Shown one piece after another: positions 9,075 to 17,570 of a stretch of 33,587 bases of DNA. The stretch is from the IMG/VR virus record IMGVR_UViG_3300051213_000989, positions 1 through 33,587 of that record; one strand, given 5' to 3'. The DNA comes from a virus. Lineage: Duplodnaviria > Caudoviricetes. The position numbers and the translations under genes are program-made. The notes below the pieces were generated by a model that saw nothing but the letters and a program-made list of their open reading frames with translations, was not told the DNA's origin and ran no database searches. Positions within the stretch are counted from its first letter, which is position 1. Every line of letters starts with the position of its first letter.

Positions 9075-10295
9075 ATGCTAACTGCGCCTTTTGCTTCTCC
9101 ATTTGCTTCACCTTTTGCTGCGCCTTTTCCAAAAAGCATGGAAGTTGCGAAAAGACCATCAGGTCCAGAAGTACCAAGAGAGTTGTCACTACCGAGATAT
9201 GTAAACTACCTCGCTGATTATAGTGGTTGTGGTCACTGGCGTATTTTATGGCCTGAACAACTCATTAATGCGATGGGCCATGGATGTTCTTCATCGCTTA
9301 CAGCAATGGTTTTTGATCCAAGATGGTATCAAGATGTTAAGTGTGTAAAGGTACAAAGACAGGCTAGTAGTTCACAAAAACAATTTATTAAATTCCTAAA
9401 AGAGATACAACCGCAATACAACTTCAAACTAGTCTATGAAGTTGATGATGTCGTCTTTAGAGAAGACATTCCCGATTACAATAAGTTTAAGTTTGCTTTT
9501 GATAATGATGAGATAAGACAGAACTGCGTCGAAATCATTAACATGTGTGATGAAGTTACTGTTACATGTAATTTCATGAAAGAGCTTTATCAAGAGCGTA
9601 CCGGTAAGAAGGAAATTACCGTTATACCTAACTTTGTACCTAATTTCTGGATGGGTCACTTATACGATCGTAAGCGCGTCTATGAAAACTTTGACAAGTA
9701 CAAAAGAAAGCCACGTATTCTTTACACAGGTTCTGGTGCGCATTACGATGTAGATAACAAAGTTGGTGGTAAGGACGACTTCGAACAACTTTTAAAATTT
9801 GTAATTGATACACGTCACAAGTATCAGTGGGTATTTATGGGTTCATTTCCACCGCCTCTTGCACCATACGTGCAGAGTAGAGAGATTGAATATCACCCAT
9901 GGCAAAACTTAATTGAGTATCCACGTGCTATCGCTGCACTTAATGTTCAGCTAATGATCGCACCGCTTCAAGATAATAGTTTTAATAGAGCTAAATCTGA
10001 TATTAAGTTTATTGAAGCAGCAACTCTCGGTATTCCGTGCTTGTGTCAAGACATGGTGACATACTCTACAGCACCCTCAGAGCTTAAATTTAAAACAGTA
10101 GAAGAATTTGCCGCTAAGGTAGAAGCTATTTTAAATTATAAAAATAGACAAAGATACTATCAAGGTGTAGAAATTTTGCATAGTATCGGTGCCAAGCGAG
10201 CCTTAGAACATCCTGAGAATTTAGGATGTCACCTTGAAGCCTTGAATACTCCTTACGGTTCACCAGATCGTAAATATTTGAGTAAGTGGAATTAA
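9075..10295 (+). CDS. GT-B fold glycosyltransferase
   Basis: DYSGCGHWRILWP, YEVDD, ADxVTV-like CDEVTV, VIPNF, IAPLQDNSFNRAKSDIKFIEAATLGIP; pattern typical of phage GT-B enzymes. Confidence 0.82.
   Translation: MLTAPFASPFASPFAAPFPKSMEVAKRPSGPEVPRELSLPRYVNYLADYSGCGHWRILWPEQLINAMGHGCSSSLTAMVFDPRWYQDVKCVKVQRQASSSQKQFIKFLKEIQPQYNFKLVYEVDDVVFREDIPDYNKFKFAFDNDEIRQNCVEIINMCDEVTVTCNFMKELYQERTGKKEITVIPNFVPNFWMGHLYDRKRVYENFDKYKRKPRILYTGSGAHYDVDNKVGGKDDFEQLLKFVIDTRHKYQWVFMGSFPPPLAPYVQSREIEYHPWQNLIEYPRAIAALNVQLMIAPLQDNSFNRAKSDIKFIEAATLGIPCLCQDMVTYSTAPSELKFKTVEEFAAKVEAILNYKNRQRYYQGVEILHSIGAKRALEHPENLGCHLEALNTPYGSPDRKYLSKWN
9084..9131 (+). repeat. Four imperfect 12-nt tandem repeats encoding APFA-SPFA-SPFA-APFP
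   Basis: gcgccttttgct tctccatttgct tcaccttttgct gcgccttttcca. Confidence 0.85.
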
Positions 10296-10302
10296 GTAGA
10301 GC

Positions 10303-10330
10303 TTGATTAGTTTCATAGCTTACATATAAT
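10303..10330 (+). promoter_or_regulatory. Sigma70-like promoter for the DNA polymerase
   Basis: TTGATT-N16-TATAAT, 8 nt before ATG 10339. Confidence 0.65.
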
Positions 10331-10338
10331 CTTCTTAT

Positions 10339-12906
10339 ATGTATAGAAATGCAGTCTACAACGGTAGAGAGCAATCACTGAGTCTTTTTACGTGGGACGA
10401 AAACGGTAAGAGAGTTGTAAATACTGTTTCAGTAAATCCCTATCTTTATGTAGAAGATGCTCGAGGCGATAAGACCACAATTTATGGTACAAAAGCTAAG
10501 AAGAGAGTATTTAACAGCGCATATGATCGCAATCAATTTGTTAATACATCGGGTATAAAAAGAATATTTGAAAACTTACCCGCTTCACAGCAATACCTTA
10601 TTGATGTGTTCTGGACGGAGAACGAAAAGCCCGAATTCTCACAGCACCCATTGAAGGTGACTTTTATAGATATTGAGACATACTCTGTCGATTCGTTTCC
10701 CGATATCGAAAATCCAACACACACCGTAAACGTTATTACGTGTTATGATACTTTTACTAACAAGTACCATACATTCGGTCTTAAGCCTTACACCGGTGAC
10801 GCAAAAAATATTATATATACGCATTGTAGTACAGAGAGAGAGCTATTTAAAAAGTTCTTAGCTTACCTCGAAGCTGATTACCCGGATGTACTAAGTGGAT
10901 GGAACTCCGAGTTCTTTGACATACCTTATATTATTGCTCGATGTGAACGTATACTGGGTGACGAATACGTTAAGCAACTCTCACCTTTACGTAATGTCTA
11001 TTTCCGTTCTATCAAAGGCAAATTCGGACGTGATCAAAAACGCTATTATATTGACGGTGTTTCGTCTATTGACTACCTTGACATTTATAGACGCTTTTGT
11101 CTTAAGCTTCGTGAGTCATATAAGCTTGATGCAATCGCAGAGATTGAGTTGGGTGAAAATAAGATAGATCATGAAGGTGTAAGTCTCTCAACACTTGCTG
11201 ATACTGACTGGAATAAATTTATTGATTATAACATTCAAGACGTTTCTCTCCTTGTTAAGCTAGAAGAAAAGCTACAATACATTTCCCTCTTACGAATGCT
11301 CTCATATGTCGGTCTCACGACACTCGAAGGTGCAATGGGTACAATATCCGTCATCAACGGAGCACTGGCTATTAGAGCAAGAAAACGAAACGAGATATTA
11401 TCAACGTTTGTACGTAAAGAAGGTTCAGGTAAGAATCCCGGTGCGTATGTAGCAGAGCCTAAAAATGGATTTAAAACTAACGTTGTATCTTTTGATGCTA
11501 ACTCACTATATCCAAACGTGATGATCTCTCTAAACCTTTCACCTGAGACAAAAATTGGTCGGGTTGAGAAAAATGACAACGGTAGTGTTACCGTCTATCA
11601 CGTTTCAGGTAAGAGTCTTGATCTTGCTCCTGATAAATTTGCAGCTTTTATGAAAGCAGAGAGATGTTCTCTCACTAAAGCTGGTTTCTTATTTACACAA
11701 AAGAAGAAAGGCATTATACCGGAGTTTCTTGACTACTATTACAACGAGCGTGTTGAAATTAAAAAGCTTCTATTTGAAGCTAAGAAGAAACTTACACAGC
11801 TTAATAAAAAGGATAAAGAATATAAATCACTGCAGTATGAGGTTGAACGTCTCAATACTAAACAAATGGTGATAAAGATTCTTGTTAATTCGTGCTACGG
11901 ATATATGGGTAACAAACAAGCGCCAATTGGTGATGATGATATCGCTTCATCCGTTACACTAACCGGGCAAGCTGTTATTAAGCAAGCAGGTAAATTACTA
12001 CAACAATATTTGCGCGAAGAATTCAATATTACAAACGAGCATACGCTCGATGAAAGTTGGATTTATTCCGATACTGATTCATGCTACTTCTCGTTAGGCT
12101 GTATTGAAGATCAAGTACCTATTAAAGTAAACAATGAACTGAATCCAAAGTTCTATGATACCGTACAGAGCCTTGAAGACTATCTCAATACACATATTAT
12201 AACCTGGGCGGAGAAAGCACTAAGAACAGAGGACTGTAGATTTGTATTCAAACGTGAGTGTATTAGTGATGTTGGCCTCTTTTTACAGAAGAAGAGATAC
12301 GTTATGCATATTCTCGATGATGAAGGTATTCAGGTCGATAAATTCAAGTATACAGGCGTTGAGGTTGTAAGAACAACGATGCCTAACGCTATCAAGCCCT
12401 ACGCTAAGAAGATTATCGAGACGATGCTTATGACACAGTCTTTACAAAAGACAAACAGTATCCTAAATGAAACATATGATACATTTAAGACACTTGCTGC
12501 AGAAGATATTGCTTTTGTTATGGGTGTTAAGGGTTACGATAAATATGCTAGTACATGTAAGGAGTTGAACATCGGTAAAGGTACACCAATTCACGTCAAG
12601 GCAGCCTATCTACATAACTTTATTAATCGTAAGCACAATCTTGAAAACAAGTACGAAGACATCTCTTCTGGAGATAAGATTAGATACTTCTATGTACAAC
12701 AACCTAATAAGTATGGAATTGATGTAATTGGATTTAAGTATGGTTTACCAGAAGAATATAAAAACCTGTTTAAGATAAATTACGAAAAGATGTTCGAAAA
12801 AATTCTGTTTAGCTCGATTGAACGTTTCTACCAAAGCGTTAATTGGCAGATAAGAAAACCATCAGAGAACGTGCAATGTGAGTTGTTTGATTTATTCTCT
12901 CTTTAA
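10339..12906 (+). CDS. gp43: Family B DNA polymerase gp43
   Basis: Exonuclease motifs DIETYS, WNSEFFDIPY, YNIQDV; polymerase motifs SFDANSLYP, KILVNSCYGYMG, YSDTDS, KKRY. Confidence 0.97.
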   Translation: MYRNAVYNGREQSLSLFTWDENGKRVVNTVSVNPYLYVEDARGDKTTIYGTKAKKRVFNSAYDRNQFVNTSGIKRIFENLPASQQYLIDVFWTENEKPEFSQHPLKVTFIDIETYSVDSFPDIENPTHTVNVITCYDTFTNKYHTFGLKPYTGDAKNIIYTHCSTERELFKKFLAYLEADYPDVLSGWNSEFFDIPYIIARCERILGDEYVKQLSPLRNVYFRSIKGKFGRDQKRYYIDGVSSIDYLDIYRRFCLKLRESYKLDAIAEIELGENKIDHEGVSLSTLADTDWNKFIDYNIQDVSLLVKLEEKLQYISLLRMLSYVGLTTLEGAMGTISVINGALAIRARKRNEILSTFVRKEGSGKNPGAYVAEPKNGFKTNVVSFDANSLYPNVMISLNLSPETKIGRVEKNDNGSVTVYHVSGKSLDLAPDKFAAFMKAERCSLTKAGFLFTQKKKGIIPEFLDYYYNERVEIKKLLFEAKKKLTQLNKKDKEYKSLQYEVERLNTKQMVIKILVNSCYGYMGNKQAPIGDDDIASSVTLTGQAVIKQAGKLLQQYLREEFNITNEHTLDESWIYSDTDSCYFSLGCIEDQVPIKVNNELNPKFYDTVQSLEDYLNTHIITWAEKALRTEDCRFVFKRECISDVGLFLQKKRYVMHILDDEGIQVDKFKYTGVEVVRTTMPNAIKPYAKKIIETMLMTQSLQKTNSILNETYDTFKTLAAEDIAFVMGVKGYDKYASTCKELNIGKGTPIHVKAAYLHNFINRKHNLENKYEDISSGDKIRYFYVQQPNKYGIDVIGFKYGLPEEYKNLFKINYEKMFEKILFSSIERFYQSVNWQIRKPSENVQCELFDLFSL

Positions 12907-12909
12907 ACC

Positions 12910-12937
12910 TTGAAAAGGAAAAAATATACCCTAAATT
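12910..12937 (+). promoter_or_regulatory. Putative promoter
   Basis: TTGAAA-N16-TAAATT, 6 nt before ATG 12944. Confidence 0.5.
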
Positions 12938-12943
12938 ATTAAT

Positions 12944-13282
12944 ATGATTACCTTTGTAGATCAAATCGGCAGAACAGTTATTGGCAAACTTATTGAAGAA
13001 ACTGATACAACAATCGTTGTTGATAATCCTGTTATTATTCATGTACAACCTAACCCACAAACAGGTCAACTCCAAGTACAATCCTTCCCGTACCTCTTTA
13101 TGGAATTTATTAATCCTGAGAGCCGTGAACAAAATCATTGGACGTTTAATAAGACCTCTATTGCTACTTCGAAAGTACAATTAGATGATCGTATTGTTTC
13201 GCAGTACAATAATATTAATTCTCCACCAGCTCCACAGCCTCCGCAAGGTGAGCCAGAGGTAATTAAGTTGTTCGAAGAATAA
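12944..13282 (+). CDS. Hypothetical protein, possibly Sm-like beta-barrel
   Basis: GRTVIGKLIEETDTTIVVDNPVII pattern, Pro-rich tail; has its own putative promoter and terminator. Confidence 0.55.
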   Translation: MITFVDQIGRTVIGKLIEETDTTIVVDNPVIIHVQPNPQTGQLQVQSFPYLFMEFINPESREQNHWTFNKTSIATSKVQLDDRIVSQYNNINSPPAPQPPQGEPEVIKLFEE

Positions 13283-13302
13283 ACCCAAAAAATAAACCCT
13301 TT

Positions 13303-13338
13303 AAAACCTCCAGATTAATCTGGAGGTTTTTTTATTTT
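13303..13338 (+). terminator. Intrinsic terminator built on a perfect 28-bp palindrome
   Basis: AAAACCTCCAGATT|AATCTGGAGGTTTT (13303-13330) followed by TTTATTTT. Confidence 0.85.
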
Positions 13339-13354
13339 ATAGTATACTTGTTGT

Positions 13355-14452
13355 ATGGATAAAGATATTAAGAGTGCGTTAGACGAAATTGATGATGTAA
13401 ATCCCTTTGCAACATATCTTGGTGATAGTACACTGAGCCGTGTCAATGGATGGGTAGATACTGGTAGTTACGTTCTTAATGCTATTGTTTCAGGATCGAT
13501 TCACGGTGGTATTCCTAAAGGTCGAGTGACCATGCTTGCAGGTGAATCAATGACTGGTAAATCACTCTTCGTTCAAAAAATTCTCGCTAAAGCTCAACAA
13601 GAAGGTCTTATTCCTGTTATCTTTGATACAGAGAATGCGATCGATCCTGAAGGTGCTGAGCGTCTCGGTCTAGATATTTCGAAAGTAAAATATGTACCGT
13701 GTGTAAGTATTGAACAAACACGCAATGCTTTGTTCAAGTTTCTTACTTCAGTTAAAGATAAAAAGCTTGAGGGTAAATTTATTATTGCTATCGACTCACT
13801 CGGTAACTTACAATCCGAACTTGAGCTTGCGCGCATGGGTAAAGACAGTACATCAGCTGATATGGGTACAAAAGCACGTGCAATGAAATCGTTGATGCAA
13901 ACTTGTACTAACCTCGGTGCTGTTACACAGACTACTATTCTCTGCACTAACCATGTCTATGACGACCCTGCAGCTATGTTCCCGTCTATTGAAAAACATA
14001 TGCCTGGTGGTAAAGCTTGCGTTTATCTTCCTTCTGTAACTGTACAACTTGCGCGCAAGCCGATGAAGTCAGATGACGGTAAAACCACTGATGGTGAATT
14101 AGCAGTTGGACAAAAATCTTATGCAGGTATTATTATTAGAGCTCTTACACGAAAGAATAGGTTTATTAAACAATATCTTGAAGGTGAGATGTACCTATCC
14201 TTTGCTAACGGATTGGATAGGTATTACGGCTTGTTGGATCTTGCAGTTGGTCTTGGTGTAGTAGTACAGAATGGATCAACATACGCTCTTGAAGATGGTA
14301 CTAAGCTAGGCTACTATAAATCGTGGCGGAAAGATTCAGAGCTTTGGGAGAAAACTATCTTACCAAAACTAGAAGAGAGAATTAAAAAGGAATGGTCGTA
14401 TAGTAATCTTGAAGAAGAAGTACCAGTAGAGATAGAAGAAGAAGTTAACTAA
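13355..14452 (+). CDS. uvsX: UvsX RecA-like recombinase
   Basis: DTGSYVLN, AGESMTGKS (Walker A), FDTENA, IDSLGNL, DMGTKA, NHVY, GGK. Confidence 0.93.
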   Translation: MDKDIKSALDEIDDVNPFATYLGDSTLSRVNGWVDTGSYVLNAIVSGSIHGGIPKGRVTMLAGESMTGKSLFVQKILAKAQQEGLIPVIFDTENAIDPEGAERLGLDISKVKYVPCVSIEQTRNALFKFLTSVKDKKLEGKFIIAIDSLGNLQSELELARMGKDSTSADMGTKARAMKSLMQTCTNLGAVTQTTILCTNHVYDDPAAMFPSIEKHMPGGKACVYLPSVTVQLARKPMKSDDGKTTDGELAVGQKSYAGIIIRALTRKNRFIKQYLEGEMYLSFANGLDRYYGLLDLAVGLGVVVQNGSTYALEDGTKLGYYKSWRKDSELWEKTILPKLEERIKKEWSYSNLEEEVPVEIEEEVN

Positions 14453-14454
14453 AA

Positions 14455-15201
14455 ATGAACAATAAAATAGTTTTAGCATTTTCCGGTGGTATGGATAGCT
14501 CTGTACTACTCTTTATGGCAGCAGAAAAAGGCTATGAAGAAATTCATACTGTAACATTCGATTACGGCCAACGTCATCATAGAGAGATGCAGTGCGTACC
14601 TCTCCAAAAATGGAATCTTCAAGAGAAATACCCTAACGTAAAATTTACAAACAAGGTACTTGATGTGAGATATCTTAAAGACATATCACCTACATCATCT
14701 CTTACAAACCTTGACATTGATAACCCCGATATAAGTAAAATAGCCGGTGATGCTCAACCTGTTTCATACGTTCCTTTCCGCAATCAAATGTTTATTACTA
14801 TTTGTTGTGCGTACGCAGAAAGTCTCGGTGCAGAAACGGTTTGGTATGGTGCTGCGCAAGTAGATTCATTAGCTGGCTACTGGGATGGTTCGCAGGAGTT
14901 TGTAGACTCGATAAACAACCTCACAGCTCTTAACAGACAACATAGAATCCTCATTGAAGCTCCATTGCTCTCCTTGTCAAAAGCAGATATCATACGAGAA
15001 GGTGTGAAGCTAGGTGTGAAATTTGAAGACACCTGGACGTGTTATAGTAATAGAGAAGATGAGCTTGCAGATGCTACAACACCATCGAGTAGTTTAAGGC
15101 TTCAAGGCTTTATTGAAGCTGGATATAGAGATCCCGTTAAGTATCTACAACAAGATAAACTTAACGGGATATATGAAGAAAAGAATTGTAAGGAATTATA
15201 A
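14455..15201 (+). CDS. queC: QueC-family PP-loop ATPase (7-cyano-7-deazaguanine synthase-like), Zn site degenerate
   Basis: LAFSGGMDSS, TFDYGQRH..E, SSLT, YVPFRN, GYWDG, APLLSLSKADII, TWTCY. Confidence 0.85.
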   Translation: MNNKIVLAFSGGMDSSVLLFMAAEKGYEEIHTVTFDYGQRHHREMQCVPLQKWNLQEKYPNVKFTNKVLDVRYLKDISPTSSLTNLDIDNPDISKIAGDAQPVSYVPFRNQMFITICCAYAESLGAETVWYGAAQVDSLAGYWDGSQEFVDSINNLTALNRQHRILIEAPLLSLSKADIIREGVKLGVKFEDTWTCYSNREDELADATTPSSSLRLQGFIEAGYRDPVKYLQQDKLNGIYEEKNCKEL

Positions 15202-16563
15202 TCCGTAACGTCTAAGTTCTTCTAACTGATACGAAGTTTTTGGTTTGTATTTTTCCTTAAAGGATTGATTTGTACTTTCCGAAACATGAGTAAGACTATC
15301 TTTTCTAGTCTGCTCTGTTAAATAAGCTGAAGTATAACTTTCTGTGAATGTAGGATTAGCGCGCTGATATTTATCAGCACTTGGATAGTTCTTTTGTATT
15401 TCTTCAATTGCTTGCTTAGCTATTTCCTTTGTTTTAACAGCACCACCCTCAGACATTACCGCAGTAAACATCTGTTTAATATATGGGTAGATTTTTGGGA
15501 AACGATCGAAGATCTCTCTTTGATCGCTTAGACGAATAGAAATATTAGTAACGTCAGTGAGCTTTTCATCAGGCGTGTTAATTACATCTTGTAATTGATT
15601 GATAAGATCTCCTGAACGCAATGTTTTAAATCCTTCAGTTACTCTCGAAGTAGGCTTAAATCCTCTTTTTCTTGCTAAGCCCTTTTCCCACGCTTCAACT
15701 TTGCCACTCTTGTCAATATCTGCCTTAGTAGCATCATACTCTTCATCTTCTTTTCCACTCATAGCAGCATCATATTCATCTTCATTTACATCATACTCTT
15801 CGAGGGATTCAGGCTCCCAATCTTCGGCATCTTCCTGCATCTCTTCATCCTCACCGCCCTGTGAAATTGGTTTTACAGCAGAAGACAAATAAGCAGCGAT
15901 TTTTTCATAGCCAGGCTCGTTTGCAATTTGTTGAACGAATGATTTAAGAGCTGCAAGACTATTAATATTACTTGAATAGTTAATAACTTCTGCTAGAGCT
16001 TCTTCTTCAATATCAAAGCCAGGCTCTCCGAGATCTTTTTGAATATCAGCGAGTATTTTTGCAACAGCTGTCTTTACTAAAAGAGATTCATCAGCTACGA
16101 TATCCGTTAATGCATCATCCATTTCTTTACCTGACTTAGCTTGTCTCATTTGACTTGCCATTTCTTGTGCTGCAGCTTGTGCAGCATATTTTTCTTCTCT
16201 ACCTCTATTTGTACCTACGCCGTTAATAAAATCATCAAGCGTCGAAGTAACACGATCTGCTATCTCTTGTGATTTTGCGTTAATTTCTTGCTGTTTAGCC
16301 TTAAGAACACTTAATAGTGCTTGTTTCTTACCAGTAAATCCTGCACCTCTTTTAATTGCATTGAGTTCTTCATCACCTATAATATCGAGGAAGTAAAGTG
16401 TTTCGCGAATAAATTTTATTGTATCGAGTGGAGCAGAACTCAATCCACTAGCTCTCATTTTTGATGTAACACCGCCAAATGAAGGGTGTGCTGAAACATA
16501 CGGTGAAGCTTTTGCTTCTTTTAATACATATACCCGTGATAGTAGATCTTTGAACGAACTCAT
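15196..16563 (-). CDS. Hypothetical late protein, probable internal head protein
   Basis: 455 aa; exact TATAAATA upstream; leader MSSFKDLLSRVYVLKE|A; acidic tract; EF-hand-like DIDKSGKVEAWE. Confidence 0.65.
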   Translation of the reverse strand: MSSFKDLLSRVYVLKEAKASPYVSAHPSFGGVTSKMRASGLSSAPLDTIKFIRETLYFLDIIGDEELNAIKRGAGFTGKKQALLSVLKAKQQEINAKSQEIADRVTSTLDDFINGVGTNRGREEKYAAQAAAQEMASQMRQAKSGKEMDDALTDIVADESLLVKTAVAKILADIQKDLGEPGFDIEEEALAEVINYSSNINSLAALKSFVQQIANEPGYEKIAAYLSSAVKPISQGGEDEEMQEDAEDWEPESLEEYDVNEDEYDAAMSGKEDEEYDATKADIDKSGKVEAWEKGLARKRGFKPTSRVTEGFKTLRSGDLINQLQDVINTPDEKLTDVTNISIRLSDQREIFDRFPKIYPYIKQMFTAVMSEGGAVKTKEIAKQAIEEIQKNYPSADKYQRANPTFTESYTSAYLTEQTRKDSLTHVSESTNQSFKEKYKPKTSYQLEELRRYGL

Positions 16564-16569
16564 ATAACA

Positions 16570-16577
16570 TATTTATA
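16570..16577 (-). promoter_or_regulatory. T4-type late promoter (TATAAATA)
   Basis: Exact consensus, 6 nt upstream of ATG 16563. Confidence 0.75.
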
Positions 16578-16581
16578 CAAG

Positions 16582-16905
16582 ATGAACTTAAATTGGAAAG
16601 ATTTTAATGAAATGTCTTTTAATCAGCTGCGTAAAGTACCTGGTATAGGTAGAAAAGCAGCAGAACGTATCATAGACAACCGTCCCTATAGATCTAATAA
16701 TGATTTATTTAAGATTAAAGGGTTAGGCGCCAAGACTTTAGCAAAATTAGGCATAGAAAAGGTCAAAAAGGAAAGAAAATCATGGTATTTGATGGAAGAT
16801 GGTATTGAATATCCGGATTTTTCACTAGCAAAAAACATTCTTACAGGAAAAATTGATTTTTTCTGGAGAATTCCAAAAGATAAACGAGAATATCTTGTAA
16901 AATAA
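16582..16905 (+). CDS. Helix-hairpin-helix DNA-binding protein (ComEA-like tandem HhH)
   Basis: LRKVPGIGRKAAERII and LFKIKGLGAKTLAKL. Confidence 0.85.
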   Translation: MNLNWKDFNEMSFNQLRKVPGIGRKAAERIIDNRPYRSNNDLFKIKGLGAKTLAKLGIEKVKKERKSWYLMEDGIEYPDFSLAKNILTGKIDFFWRIPKDKREYLVK

Positions 16906-17570
16906 TGTGCGCTATAGTAGGATCAAGTAATGCCTCAATGTTTGAGGTAATGTATGAAGCAAATCTACCGAGAGGTAACTTTGCTTCCGGGTTAATCGGT
17001 CTTAATAGCGGAGGAGACCAAATGGTCCTCAAGAAAAAAGGCACAATTAACTTCGATAAAGTTCAATTAGATGATATTAATGATTATTTTATAGGACACG
17101 TACAGGCTCCTACATCAGCAAAGCGTTCCTGGTCGTATGATACATCTCATCCCTTTGAATCTCTGTCATGGTCTGTTGTTCATAATGGTGTCCTTACAAA
17201 TCACGAACAAATTAAGAAAAAATATGTTAATTGGGATGTAAATCCTGTAGATACATCAGTAATACCTAATCTATTACAGCACTTTACAGAAGAATGTAGG
17301 GGAGAATGCCCGGCTCATGAGATTATCAAGCGTGTTTTGAGTCAACTTGAAGGTACCTTTGCTCTTTGTATGGTAGATACTGATAGTAATGATGTTTATA
17401 TTGCTAGACAAGGTTCAATTTTACATTATAACGATCAAGGTGACTTCTCAACACTAGGTGGAGAGGGATTCAAAGTACTTCCTGAAGGCACAATCTTAAT
17501 GTTAAGAGATTTTAGCGGTTGGGATGTAGTCAATCACTTTGAAACCAAATCACCATTCCTATTTTTATGA
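16905..17570 (+). CDS. Stand-alone class II (Ntn) glutamine amidotransferase
   Basis: N-terminal nucleophile MCAIVG, RG, GHVQAPT, HPF, VHNGVLTN, DTS, LEGTFA; no synthetase domain. Confidence 0.85.
   Translation: MCAIVGSSNASMFEVMYEANLPRGNFASGLIGLNSGGDQMVLKKKGTINFDKVQLDDINDYFIGHVQAPTSAKRSWSYDTSHPFESLSWSVVHNGVLTNHEQIKKKYVNWDVNPVDTSVIPNLLQHFTEECRGECPAHEIIKRVLSQLEGTFALCMVDTDSNDVYIARQGSILHYNDQGDFSTLGGEGFKVLPEGTILMLRDFSGWDVVNHFETKSPFLFL

Noticed and set aside
14455-15201. Complete queuosine or dpd 7-deazaguanine pathway
   Set aside because: No folE, queD, queE, queF, tgt or dpdA recognisable in this window; they could lie elsewhere, so the pathway is not called.
14455-17570. QatABCD or type IV CBASS defence operon
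   Set aside because: No adjacent KAP ATPase, TatD, TGT or effector gene; the context is a phage replication module.
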